A DNA stretch of 64,000 nt. It comes from Halocafeteria seosinensis (taxonomy: Eukaryota). Position 1 is the first letter of the stretch; each line of letters opens with the position of its first letter. Position numbers and translations under genes: made by a program. The DNA is taken from assembly GCA_001687465.1 (NCBI GenBank), contig LVLI01000030.1:1-64000 (forward strand), given 5' to 3'. The notes beneath the pieces are model-generated. The model did no database searches. It was given only the letters and a program-made list of their open reading frames with translations, and was not told the origin of the DNA. Positions 22,816 through 33,214 of the stretch are shown in pieces.

Positions 22816-23328
22816 ATGTCGCAAACAGCGGACCAAGAGGAAGCGAATGCAAAGCGACGAAAGCTACGCCACGAGTCGCCCCGCACCCAGCGCTTCTTTC
22901 CCATTGTTATTAAGCGCTGGTTGGAGATAGGAATCGAACACGGAACAATGACACGGAAGAAACTAGAAAAGAAACTACAACACAGCGAAGAGTCGGCCTT
23001 AGAGTGGTTCAAGGACAACGTTTCGGCTCCAACTCTTCGCAACTGGAAACAGCACTTGAAGGAGGAGCTACAGCGCCGTGGCCTACATCAGTACTGGGAT
23101 CCTGAAGAAAGGAAACGCTCAGCATCAAACCCCTCAATACAGCTGGCAACAGAATTGCATGACTGCAAGTATGGAAACAGCGGCCGTACCTGCATCTGGC
23201 AACCCAGTTGGACGCCCCGCGCCAAAAGAGCCTTGATGGGAATACGCTCAGACAACAATTCCAATTTCAGAAGGATTTTGCAAAGCATGCCGAAACTCTT
23301 TCTCTATTTTGGACTCTGGATTTCATAA
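22816..23328 (+). CDS. Putative DNA-binding (HTH-like) protein in the cassette
   Basis: ATG start, basic NLS-like AKRRKLRH, helix-turn-helix-like VSAPTLRNWKQHL. May be the 5' part of a frameshifted gene continuing into 23309-23686. Confidence 0.45.
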   Translation: MSQTADQEEANAKRRKLRHESPRTQRFFPIVIKRWLEIGIEHGTMTRKKLEKKLQHSEESALEWFKDNVSAPTLRNWKQHLKEELQRRGLHQYWDPEERKRSASNPSIQLATELHDCKYGNSGRTCIWQPSWTPRAKRALMGIRSDNNSNFRRILQSMPKLFLYFGLWIS

Positions 23329-23686
23329 CGAGGATGGTTCCATTAGAAACGTAAGTGAGCATCCAGAATATCGGGACATCCGACTCATGCAACATGAAAT
23401 CAGGAATTGGCCTGCTTTCCACGACACACTTACCTTCCGTAAGCAAATCAATGAGGCGAAAAGCGAACTCGAAACTAAAAGGAAACAAGAGCTAAAGGAA
23501 GTGTGCTACTTCAGAGGCTTAAACACTGGGGGAAACAAACTGAATTTGATAGAGCGGCTGAAAGGAAACTGTGATGGCACCGCCGAAGAAGCAGCTGAGG
23601 CTGGTCAACCAAACCAGCCCACTCATGACCCTATTAATGAGCAAACTGGGATTGAATGGAATGATAGTATTAACGAAGATGAGTAG
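23309..23686 (+). CDS. SAP-domain protein or 3' gene fragment in the cassette
   Basis: KRKQELKEVCYFRGLNTGGNKLNLIERLKG fits the SAP consensus. The frame is open back to 23237, with no ATG until 23387. Confidence 0.6.
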   Translation: MDSGFHNEDGSIRNVSEHPEYRDIRLMQHEIRNWPAFHDTLTFRKQINEAKSELETKRKQELKEVCYFRGLNTGGNKLNLIERLKGNCDGTAEEAAEAGQPNQPTHDPINEQTGIEWNDSINEDE

Positions 23687-24424
23687 TATCTTGAGGAGTG
23701 AAATACTGTACCATACGGAGCAGAAACAAACCATATACAGCGCGAACAATATTTGGTTTGTACGTCCTGTTTTGGCTAACCACCATACCCTCTCCCCCAA
23801 ATCTTCCCCTGGTACCTTTTTTGTAATTTTGGCAATCCGAAAAATCTTTCTGACATCGCTTGCGCCGTGCTCCGCGCCAAAATTGAACCATCTTGCAGGT
23901 TTGTGAAGGTCCTTGACAGAGTCTACCCCCGTATGTGCCAGAAAGATTTTACGCTTCTTCAACGAGGAATCGATCATGATTCATGCGTGGTCTACGACCA
24001 AGACACGGGCTCATGAATGTATGAGTGTTTGGAGAAATGGGGAGGTATCATCATCAGGCATGTCATGTCAAGGAGAGATATGGAGATCGCTACACCTCAG
24101 TTAGAACCTGTATGCCTGAGTGACCCATTTCTGGCAATACGTATCATTCGCCAATCGTATAGGAACATGGTATTGTTGGCAGTAACATCCATAGTCACAA
24201 TGTTGATTGATTGATGGAGAATATTCATCTATATTGACCACATGAGCTTCTTGGGAGTGTGTCCGACGGAACCAAACTCCGCCGTGCCCCGTCTTCACAC
24301 AAAAAGTTCATCTCGTTCCCAAGCCTGTCCTTGAGTCTTTCGACTGTGTTGACACACTGGATTTGAGTCTTCAAGTTACAGGGCATTTTGGAGCAACAGA
24401 TCTGATCGCCGGTCGAGGGGCGAC

Positions 24425-26689
24425 ATGAATAACGCACTGGAAATTCAAAACGAGACCACCGAAAAAGCTCCGGCTCCGCAGGTCAAATCAGGATGTCTTT
24501 CCAGAACTAAAGGCTGGGAAAAGCGAGATGAGTTCAATCATCGTGGAAACTTCTGCCGTCGACTTGCAAAGCTTGATGTGTTCCAGGAGCACCCGGAAGA
24601 AAAACCGGCAACGAAAACGGGTCTTGTCGGGACGGCACTGCTGGCCTTGATACTCGGAGGATACGCAGCTGTGCTGACTTATGATTACTATGAGAAAACT
24701 CATCTGATTTCAAGCCTTCAACCTCTGAGCTCGCTGGAATGCCGAGGTACGAGTATAGCATGTCTTTGCGGAATGGGGTGCCTGGCACAGCCATACGGTC
24801 CTCAGACTATTTCCCGGAACAGGGAAGTGCTGGAAGTGGTACCCCCAGGCAACATCGCTCTCCTAGACAGCGGGAGTTCGAAGAGCCTATACATATGTCC
24901 GGGAAGCTCCTTAACTCCCGAGACTCTGGTAATCGCGCCGAACAACGTACTTTCGTGGACTTTAAACAACTCCTCCACTTTGGCAGTGGCCCCCGGGATG
25001 GACAGAATGGGAGACCACTGGCCATCTGCCATTTCTACATTAGATCCTCTACCGGAAAGTTTGTTCATGCTGGAGTATATCACCTTGGACGACCGTGGCT
25101 ATTATTTTGCAGTTCAGCTAAATACTTTGAATATTCCCAATTTTGAGACTCAGAGAACTGAAACCCCAGTGGCTAAAACCGTCGGGATATTGGAGGAAAT
25201 CGGTGGGACCTTTGAACCAGGAGCATCAGATTTTTTTAGACTTCAGGATGACATTATAGTAATGAAGATGCATGCTGGTTGCGAATTGTATGCTATGAAC
25301 TCAACCGAGGTGAATGAGGATAAAGATGTCGATCAGTTTTTACTAATTAGTTCTGACCCCACCGACAGATGCATAATAACGTTGGACTATGGCCAAAATG
25401 CTGTGGTGGAAATTTCCCCAAATCAGACAGTCCATCGATTTAATTCTTTGACAGGGTGGGTCTCGGAGTCATACCGGTTGCAAACACATTGTCCGGACGG
25501 TTATTTCAATAGAACCGGTGTGCTTAATTCTATTCATTTCCGAATCTGTGTTCCAAGACAACAGCATTCCAATTCCAAGCCCACAACAGGCAAACTCCAG
25601 GTAGAAGTACCAGGTGGACCAGTAAGCACCAAAGATATTCAATTAAAAACTGGAACATTTCAGAACGGTAGCTCAGAATTTATTTCAGTCAGGTGGGCTA
25701 GCGAAACGAAAGAAAAAGCCTTAATATTCTACCCTTTCTCTGACTTCGAAGGACAGCTATCAGGGGAATTTCGATGCTACGTCTTCGTTGTTGCTGGAAT
25801 CGGTTCTCCTGCAGGTATCAATATTGTTGAGCAGACGATAGTGCCTCATTGTACCGGCGGCCTCTACCAAGGAAAGTTGTATCCCTACGAGATTGCTTCT
25901 GACTTAGTCTTGTTTGGAAATGTTATTATCCAGAGATCAAGTGGAAAGTTGGTAGCTTTGAATGGGGACCAAACCAACGAACTCCAGGATACTGTTTGTC
26001 GAACTAACGGCTCGAATAATCTCCTACAATGTGCTCCGTTTCTTCCAGTTCGGTTCCCTTTCCAAGGTACTATTTCCAATGGCAAGATTACCTTAGCAAG
26101 GCTGCAGTCCCAAAACTCCCAGCTCACTTATGCGAGCTCACCGTTAGTTTTTTATGTTGTCTATGAGCTTCAGTTCAGCGACCTGAATGCCGAACCTAAG
26201 TTGCCCTGCTTTGGGGACACGATACTTCGTCTACCAGATTTTGATTCCGGTGACCTAAGAGCCAACGAGTCATTTGCCCGCTCCGGATTCATTGAAGAAT
26301 TCCACTACTTAAACGGATCAACAAACATTCGATACACGTCTGTATCATATACAGGCCCCACTAGCGATACCATGAACACAGACTTCATCCCCCGAACTGT
26401 TGGAGGAATTCTGCATTATTTGAATGTGTACCCAAGTCTAAAGATGAAATACCAAGAGGCGCGAACAATTTCAGTATGGAGCATCCCAGGTAGTGTTGGT
26501 GGTATTCTACAGCCCGTGTTCACAATGCTGTCACTTGCGCTCCCTTTCCTGTATCTACTCCTTAGCGGTAACCTCAAATGCTGGAACATCACCCCGAAGC
26601 GTCACGGAAAATCGGAAGCAAATCCTTCCTCGTCATCTCGCGAATTTTACATGCCGGAGCAAGTGCAGGAGAAAGACACCAATTTGTAG
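24425..26689 (+). CDS. Two-transmembrane protein with large Cys-containing luminal/extracellular loop (754 aa)
   Basis: TM1 GLVGTALLALILGGYAAVL; TM2 GSVGGILQPVFTMLSLALPFLYLLL; many N-x-S/T sequons; intronless. Confidence 0.8.
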   Translation: MNNALEIQNETTEKAPAPQVKSGCLSRTKGWEKRDEFNHRGNFCRRLAKLDVFQEHPEEKPATKTGLVGTALLALILGGYAAVLTYDYYEKTHLISSLQPLSSLECRGTSIACLCGMGCLAQPYGPQTISRNREVLEVVPPGNIALLDSGSSKSLYICPGSSLTPETLVIAPNNVLSWTLNNSSTLAVAPGMDRMGDHWPSAISTLDPLPESLFMLEYITLDDRGYYFAVQLNTLNIPNFETQRTETPVAKTVGILEEIGGTFEPGASDFFRLQDDIIVMKMHAGCELYAMNSTEVNEDKDVDQFLLISSDPTDRCIITLDYGQNAVVEISPNQTVHRFNSLTGWVSESYRLQTHCPDGYFNRTGVLNSIHFRICVPRQQHSNSKPTTGKLQVEVPGGPVSTKDIQLKTGTFQNGSSEFISVRWASETKEKALIFYPFSDFEGQLSGEFRCYVFVVAGIGSPAGINIVEQTIVPHCTGGLYQGKLYPYEIASDLVLFGNVIIQRSSGKLVALNGDQTNELQDTVCRTNGSNNLLQCAPFLPVRFPFQGTISNGKITLARLQSQNSQLTYASSPLVFYVVYELQFSDLNAEPKLPCFGDTILRLPDFDSGDLRANESFARSGFIEEFHYLNGSTNIRYTSVSYTGPTSDTMNTDFIPRTVGGILHYLNVYPSLKMKYQEARTISVWSIPGSVGGILQPVFTMLSLALPFLYLLLSGNLKCWNITPKRHGKSEANPSSSSREFYMPEQVQEKDTNL

Positions 26690-27682
26690 ATGTTACCTGT
26701 CTTATTAGAGAAATCTGGAACCGGTATAGTACCGCGAGCCCCGTTATCTAACTCTTGAAGTGCATTCAGTACCTCAGCTTCTTCTTCGGAAGGTTTTTCT
26801 GTCTGTTCGGACGAGGAGCATCTACAGCATGCAAACCACTGCACTTCCTGAGAGCTTGGGATTGCTGCATTTGAAAAGAGTACACGGTCTAGCGGTGCCA
26901 ACCAATAGATACGATCGGCTTTCATCCACCACTACCATGCCGCTTACATCGTCTTCTTCGATGATGGAGGTTGGCCTACGTGCTTAACCATCCACGCCAG
27001 ATTCCCGATTCCACCAGCTGCTTCGGCTGAACTTGTTCGTTTTCCCGAAATATACCTAAACCAGTGTTCGTCTGCTTATTTTGTGTTTTGCTCGTGGGTT
27101 CTTCCCGTACTCCATGCAACGCAGTGTTACCGTATGCGCAATGGTTGTACCATCATGCATGACTCGGCACACAGGGTACACTTTACTGGGTACTGTGTAA
27201 ACCTTCGGTTTCCCTCGAACTTCTTCTTGTAGTGACTTCTTTTCTTATATGTACGCTATGGATACAGTGCTGCATGCTACGATTCCGAAAGGATTGAAAT
27301 GACATATAGTATAGCATACATATATACCCTAACCGAAAATCGCGAACCTAACTGGTTAGAATCGACACTCTACAGGACACATCTTCTTCTCAAATCAAAT
27401 GTTGCTGTAATGGAAAGCACTAGCCAGTAGAACTCGACTGGTGTCATTTGTTCCTTTTGTTCTGGATCCACTGGGCAGCTTACCAGAATTAAACGGTGAT
27501 GGCAAAGGAAATTTGGTCGGTTTTTCTTTGGGTCAACCTGCGTTGGTCCTTAGATCCTGTCACGGCCTGCGTCTAGAGTGAGCGATTCAGCAATAGAAAT
27601 TTCTGTTTGAGTGACTGTACCCTTCACGCTGCGGTAAAAGGCATTCGCACCTGGATCTCTATGGCATGAGGATTACTCGTAC

Positions 27683-27827
27683 TAAGAACTTGTGCATGCA
27701 GGGTGTGGTCGTAAGTAGTTCCGAAAACTTCGCGTTGGGATAGGAGAATCGGTGTCCACGGTGTAAGAACTTGTGTATGCAGGGTGTGGTCGTAAGTAGT
27801 TCCGAAACCTTCGCATTAGAATAGGAG
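27683..27827. repeat. Two-copy direct repeat, ~64 bp unit at 81-bp spacing
   Basis: TAAGAACTTGTGYATGCAGGGTGTGGTCGTAAGTAGTTCCGAAA...TAGGAG starting at 27683 and 27764, with a few mismatches. Confidence 0.85.
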
Positions 27828-28381
27828 GACGGGGACTTGAGAGCTGACAGTTTCGCTAGACGAAAAACTTACAAGACCCAAGAGCCCCATCTCATAAAGC
27901 ATTAAAAAGGCAGGAGGTATAGATGCGTAGTCTTGGTATCTAGGTCCGGAACTGGGTGAGGACGTCTACAGTGCCTCTATCAGAATAGGACTACAACTGT
28001 ACTGTCTTCAGCTGTTCACTACGGGTACGAATCTGTGGCCAAAATTGAATTCCTTCCTGGAATTCGCTCGTGAGTCATGATGAGTCATGGCCACCAACCT
28101 TGGACTGGAACATTTCAGAACCGTCTGATTAGTTCCACATGAGCATAAACGTAAATATGAGTGTTTCGCCCTAACATGCCAGTATGCATGCATTGACTGA
28201 ATCGTCAGACCGACTCGTTGAAGTTGTGCGATTCCCCGCCATACATACAGTGCACTCCCTTCGATTACCAGATTTTGACAGTTTTCACGAGGGTAGTAAC
28301 GAATGCACCTTTTTTTTTTGTGTGTGTGTGTGTTGGCATCGTTGGCACCGGTGTTTTGGCTGTTTTATTGGAGCACCGTGA

Positions 28382-30317
28382 ATGAAAGAAATGCGCATGC
28401 GACACGGGGAATCCCCGTTAGGGATCTCCGGGATCACGATTCTCTTTGTAGCTTTATTGCTCTTTCCCACGACATCTGGCTCATCTTCGCGGTTCGAAGG
28501 ACAGACGTTCGGTTTGGTCATTGATGCTGGAAGCACCGGGTCGAGACTGCATGTGTATCGATGGCCTGAACGCGCATTCCACCACGTGCCCCCTCCGGCG
28601 ACTTTGCCGATTGAAGTCAACGACTTTGAACCCCAGAAAACAGAACCCGGAGTCGATACGGCCGAAGGGCGGAAACATCTACTATGGTTGCTCAATAACG
28701 CGACGAAAAATTTCAAGGAGAGCGGAATCTCGGAGGAGCGAATGAAAACATTTCCGTTGTACCTGAAAGCTACAGCGGGATTACGAGTTCTACCCTTGGA
28801 ACGCCGCGAAAGGTAACACTTCCAACTCGCTGGACTCACTGGAATTTTTTATATGCGCCCATTCACACGGATTCTTGTTTGCAGCATATTGAACGAGATA
28901 CGGACTATTTTAGACAACTGTGGGTTTGACTTCAGTCGGGAAAATGCCCAGGTCATTTCAGGGGAGCAGGAAGGTACGTTGATCTTGAGAGACTTGCAAA
29001 GTCTCAAGTTTTTTACTGCTGTTGCTCGGAATCATCATACAGGTGTTTTCGGATGGTTGACTGCACAGTATTTTCAGGGCAACCTACCTACCGGAGACTC
29101 CCAATCGAAACAAATGAAACGTGGTACGGAGACAGACTTCTGATTTAGCCCCTATCCTAGTACTCTGTAATCTTGGAAAGCGTAACACAGGTGTTTCCAA
29201 CTTTATAGGGTCACTAGACCTTGGCGGTGCGAGTACCCAAATCACATTTTTGCCTGAGGTTGAAATTCTCGTATGTTGACACTGTCTCGTATTAGAGACC
29301 CTGGTTTACTTTTCGTGAATACGGACTTCGATTGCAGAGCAACCTATTCAATGTGAAATTGGCTCAGTCATTCGATAAGAACGTGTACACCCACTCATTT
29401 CTCTATTTTGGCCAAAACAAATTTGCCGAGCAAATCAACCGCCTCCTTTACGAAGAGTCGGTTGGTACCACAATGTTGCAACACCCCTGCTTCCTACAGA
29501 ATTGCAACGTATCTGAGGTCGAAGCCCCTGGTTCGGTCTTGGATTTTGTGCCTGGGATCGGTCATCTACAAATTAACGGTACTGGGGACTTTGCGAAGTG
29601 CAAACTCATGGTACAGCAGCTGTTACGGAAGGACACGCCCTGCTTCACCGATCCAAACTTTCTGGAAGTAATGGCTACCGGTGGAGTTGCGAGTGTGAAC
29701 AGCACCTGCAGTATAAATGGGGTATATCAGCCCCCTATTCATGAGTCTAAAAAGTTTGTATTATTAGGAGCTTTCTATTATACATGGAAGTTCTTCAATT
29801 TGACCTCCGATTCCAATTCTACACTCGAGGACTTGGAGAAACAAGTTCGCCGCTTCTGTTCTCTCCCTTGGAATGAGGCATTGCAGCAGTATGAGAAGCC
29901 TTCTTACCTTGTAATCTATTGCCTCTCGGGAACATACATTTCTCAGCTTCTCTCCTTCGGGTTCGGGATCAGTCGCACTTCGTCACAGTTCGTGGCCAAC
30001 AGCACATACTCCTGGACTCTCGGATCCATGATTTTTGACGCCAACTCACTTTCTTACAAGTAAGTTTTTCGGCTTCTAAACGACTTTGTGGTGAAAACAC
30101 ATTTTTCTCGTCCGACTGCAGCTTGGCACAACATCAGAACAACTCCAGCGATAGCACTCCGTACAAGATACCAACAATAGTGGTGTCGGTATCACTTGGG
30201 TTCACGCTTTTGGTTGCTCTGACGGCGGTGATTTGCTATCGGAGGAAGCAGAGACGCAGGGCGAGGGAGGAAGGGAACAGCCACGGACTCCTTTCAGAGT
30301 CATCGATACTCAATTGA
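28382..30317 (+). CDS. NTPDase/apyrase (GDA1/CD39 family) with N-terminal signal and C-terminal TM; multi-exon
   Basis: All five apyrase conserved regions across exons: IDAGSTGSR, ATAGLR, ISGEQEG..GW, DLGGASTQ (29218-29240), SWTLG. C-terminal TM IVVSVSLGFTLLVALTAVICY followed by RRK. Confidence 0.93.
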
Positions 30318-30334
30318 GCGTTATGCTCTTCTTT

Positions 30335-33214
30335 TCACATAGTGCTTGCTCTTGAGATGGAGCCATAGGCCTCATTCAATATCTTAAAAGCGGTCTCTGC
30401 ATCGATCTGGGACACGGCATCCTCTCCGCTATTCCGCTTATCCGGATGCACCAATTTAGCAAACACTCTGTATCTTCTGCGAACTGTGGGCATTGAGGTT
30501 CGCATTGGCAGCCCCAAGACGCTATATGCAACTGAAATTGAGGAAGTGTCCTTAGCTCGGTGCTTGAGGATAAAGAGGACGGCTTCCTTCGGTGAGCTCC
30601 TTTGCATCTGATCATCGCTAAGAAGACAGTCATCTGGAGGTTCATACTTGGAAGCGACTTTCGAAAACAAGCGATTTCGGGCCTTTTGGAAATGCTTCTC
30701 CCTTTCTATCTGAGGCTTCATCTCTTCCTCAGCTTGCCGAAAGAGCCTGTCTTGTTCCTCTTGGGGGTTCACACTGCTAGTGAATTCGGGGACACGAGAC
30801 TGTTCTTGGGTGGGGCAACTGCATGAAAACATCTTACAAGTTGTGCAAGGCGGCTCCTTGTCGAAGAACATCCAACGCTTGTACACGTCTGAAGGATTTG
30901 AGTATGGAATAGAGGTCTCAGACGGCTGGGACGTTTTCTGCTTCTTCGTTTCAGTACTACTGTAGCTATACGATACCCCAGACTCTGGAGACGATTCTTC
31001 GATGGGGCTCGTTAAGTCAATTACCACGTCCGGCGACCGGCGTTTGTTGTCACCAACTTGTGCTCCTTTCTCGCAGTCCGGCCTTCTCAGAGATCGTAGT
31101 CTTCCCTGGAAAGGCTGACCTAATCCGGTAGAGCTAGCAGGGACTTCGCTATATCCTTCTGTCATTGATGCTGCTGCTGTCGAACATTTAGCGCTCTGGG
31201 AACTTGGAGGATCTAGGTCAATTCCTGTGGTGTTGACAGCGGGCTTTACATGATGAACGCTGCTACCCTGTACAGGTTGCTTAAAGTTCTCAGCATGTTC
31301 ATGATGATCGTTTTTAGGAAGTCGTAATAGACTTTTCAATTGTTCCATATCGTTTACAGAGTCCGATTCCCAAGAATCCGCAGTATTGTCATGTAGGCCT
31401 GTTGTAGTAGCCTCGGACGCCTGACTATGTACCTCTTGAACACATTCATCACCATTGTCATCGCCATTGCCATCATCAAAGATATCTGCAGCGTGAACCT
31501 TTTCTAGATCATTCCCACTACTTTGATTGCCATCCTGAGAATGTACGCTACTTCGAGATCGCTTCCATTTGTTAAATTGCCCACCTCGCCAATTTCGTCC
31601 ATTTCCTAGACGCTTCGCACGATTTCGATTACGGAGGTGTTTTTTCTTACGATGATTTTTGGTACGGTTTCTCTGTGTGGGTTTACCCCTATTATTCTCA
31701 ACCTCGCTGGAGCCGTCATGTGCTCTGCGCGCTTGAGGACGGGGCTGCATGTTTTCAGATTTAGCTCCGCCACTGGGTTGTTCAGAGCTCGATTTTGGCA
31801 AGGAAGAATGCGAAAGGTTGGAGACTGGTGGTGATGCGGTCATTGGTTTCCCCAGAATCGACCCCTGTTGGTCCCTCGGAAGTGGACTTCTGGTAGGATT
31901 TGTTGGCTGCTGTCCATCCTGAGAAATTGGCTGTTTTGTGAAACCGTACTTGCTGACCTCACTCTTCTGCTCGGGATTCTGTTTTGGCAAGGAGGGGGGA
32001 GTAGATCCAAGAATCGCGGCATGTCCATTATGTACTGGTTTACCAGATGGAATTTTGGAGTCTTCCGTGGAGTACCTTCCTTGTTCTGCTGGATGCTGGA
32101 TGCACGGTTGCGTATTACTATCACTCCTATCATTACCGTTCCGCTGCTCCCAGGATAAGGGATGCACGATCGGCTTGTCCCTTCTTGGCCCCCCTGAGTC
32201 TTGCGTATCGTACCCTATTTGGTGTGAAGGACGCTGAGTCGATGCTTGCTTGGAATCATCAATATCATGGCTCCTACGATGAGAGTTCTGTCGTGGGACG
32301 GAAGAATGCGGTCTGATGAAGGCCGGGCGTCCGGCAAATACGCTCTCTCTTCGTCCTCCTGAGTCTTGCGTATCGTACCCTATTTGGTGTAAAGGATGAT
32401 GAGTCGATGATTGCTTGGGATCATTATTCTCATGCTTCCTCCGAGAAGAGTTCTGTTGTGGCACTGATGACGGCGGTTTTATGAAGCCCGGCCGTCCGAC
32501 AAACACGCTCTGGACTCCTCCATCTCTTCTATACTGTGACGAATGTTGATTCCCTGCCAGTGACTTTCCATCATTACCAATACCATTATTATTACCATCA
32601 AAAGTATAATTGCGTTGCATTTTGTATCCATGTCGGAAGGCACATAGGTTCTGAGAGCACATTCCCCTTTCCCAATTCTTGCAGACACGATCAATTTTTT
32701 CATGCGCAAAGTCACAATGATCACCTTTGAGACATCTCCCATGTTTGTAGTGATAGACGCATAAAACAGGCTTCCGGGGACGCTGCTGAGGCGCAATTCG
32801 ACTGCCATTACTCGATACAGAGTCACTCACGCTCCTTGAACTCCCGGGAGGGGCTTTCCCCTCTGTCACAGCATGGTTTTCCGTGGACGCATTATGTCCA
32901 AGTCTATCAGAGGCCAACTTGTTGGGTGCAATGTCCTCATGGCTCACAGTCCGGCGCAACGAAGCTCCTCCTTGGATAGGTTTAGGAGGCGACCGAGGCG
33001 CCTGTGACGTCCTCCGCGGCTGCACAGTATGCCCACCATGGTGAGGAATGCCCGTAGATGTCGATACAGAGGAAAAAGTGGCTGATAAAGAGGCTAAATG
33101 AGGTGCATTGGGGGTCATGGAAGCCACCTCCGTGGAGACCTCCTCCTTTGATGTACTCTGATAGCCGCTTCGAATGGGTGCCGGAGTCGAGTATACCTTC
33201 TTCTTATTGCGCAT
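30335..33214 (-). CDS. Protein with two CCCH zinc fingers, long disordered region and C-terminal DnaJ (J) domain
   Basis: CVYHYKHGRCLKGDHCDFAH and CKNWERGMCSQNLCAFRH; J domain YSVLGL...YRVFAKLVHPDK...AFKILNEAY. Confidence 0.88.
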   Translation of the reverse strand: MRNKKKVYSTPAPIRSGYQSTSKEEVSTEVASMTPNAPHLASLSATFSSVSTSTGIPHHGGHTVQPRRTSQAPRSPPKPIQGGASLRRTVSHEDIAPNKLASDRLGHNASTENHAVTEGKAPPGSSRSVSDSVSSNGSRIAPQQRPRKPVLCVYHYKHGRCLKGDHCDFAHEKIDRVCKNWERGMCSQNLCAFRHGYKMQRNYTFDGNNNGIGNDGKSLAGNQHSSQYRRDGGVQSVFVGRPGFIKPPSSVPQQNSSRRKHENNDPKQSSTHHPLHQIGYDTQDSGGRRESVFAGRPAFIRPHSSVPRQNSHRRSHDIDDSKQASTQRPSHQIGYDTQDSGGPRRDKPIVHPLSWEQRNGNDRSDSNTQPCIQHPAEQGRYSTEDSKIPSGKPVHNGHAAILGSTPPSLPKQNPEQKSEVSKYGFTKQPISQDGQQPTNPTRSPLPRDQQGSILGKPMTASPPVSNLSHSSLPKSSSEQPSGGAKSENMQPRPQARRAHDGSSEVENNRGKPTQRNRTKNHRKKKHLRNRNRAKRLGNGRNWRGGQFNKWKRSRSSVHSQDGNQSSGNDLEKVHAADIFDDGNGDDNGDECVQEVHSQASEATTTGLHDNTADSWESDSVNDMEQLKSLLRLPKNDHHEHAENFKQPVQGSSVHHVKPAVNTTGIDLDPPSSQSAKCSTAAASMTEGYSEVPASSTGLGQPFQGRLRSLRRPDCEKGAQVGDNKRRSPDVVIDLTSPIEESSPESGVSYSYSSTETKKQKTSQPSETSIPYSNPSDVYKRWMFFDKEPPCTTCKMFSCSCPTQEQSRVPEFTSSVNPQEEQDRLFRQAEEEMKPQIEREKHFQKARNRLFSKVASKYEPPDDCLLSDDQMQRSSPKEAVLFILKHRAKDTSSISVAYSVLGLPMRTSMPTVRRRYRVFAKLVHPDKRNSGEDAVSQIDAETAFKILNEAYGSISRASTM
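32193..32510. repeat. 165-bp (55-aa) in-frame internal duplication in the CCCH/J gene
   Basis: CCTGAGTCTTGCGTATCGTACCCTATTTGGTGT at 32193 and 32358; protein repeat SVFxGRPxFIxP...HQIGYDTQDSGG. Confidence 0.85.

Larger units (their letters stand above)
22410..23956 (+). mobile_element. 1.5-kb cassette bounded by 29-bp exact direct repeats; unclassified putative mobile element
   Basis: CCCGTATGTGCCAGAAAGATTTTACGCTT at 22410-22438 and 23928-23956. 17-bp inverted repeat AAAATTACAAAAAAGGT at 22647-22663 / 23814-23830. GC-rich leader 22460-22645. Two internal ORFs. Confidence 0.6.

Noticed and set aside
22410..23956. LTR retrotransposon or ordinary TSD interpretation of the 29-bp repeats
   Set aside because: No TG...CA LTR structure, PBS/PPT or gag/pol remnants, and the repeat core recurs inside the element, which a TSD would not.
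27683..27827. Two repeats with a short spacer as a mini-CRISPR
   Set aside because: Only two imperfect ~64-bp copies, eukaryotic context and no cas genes.
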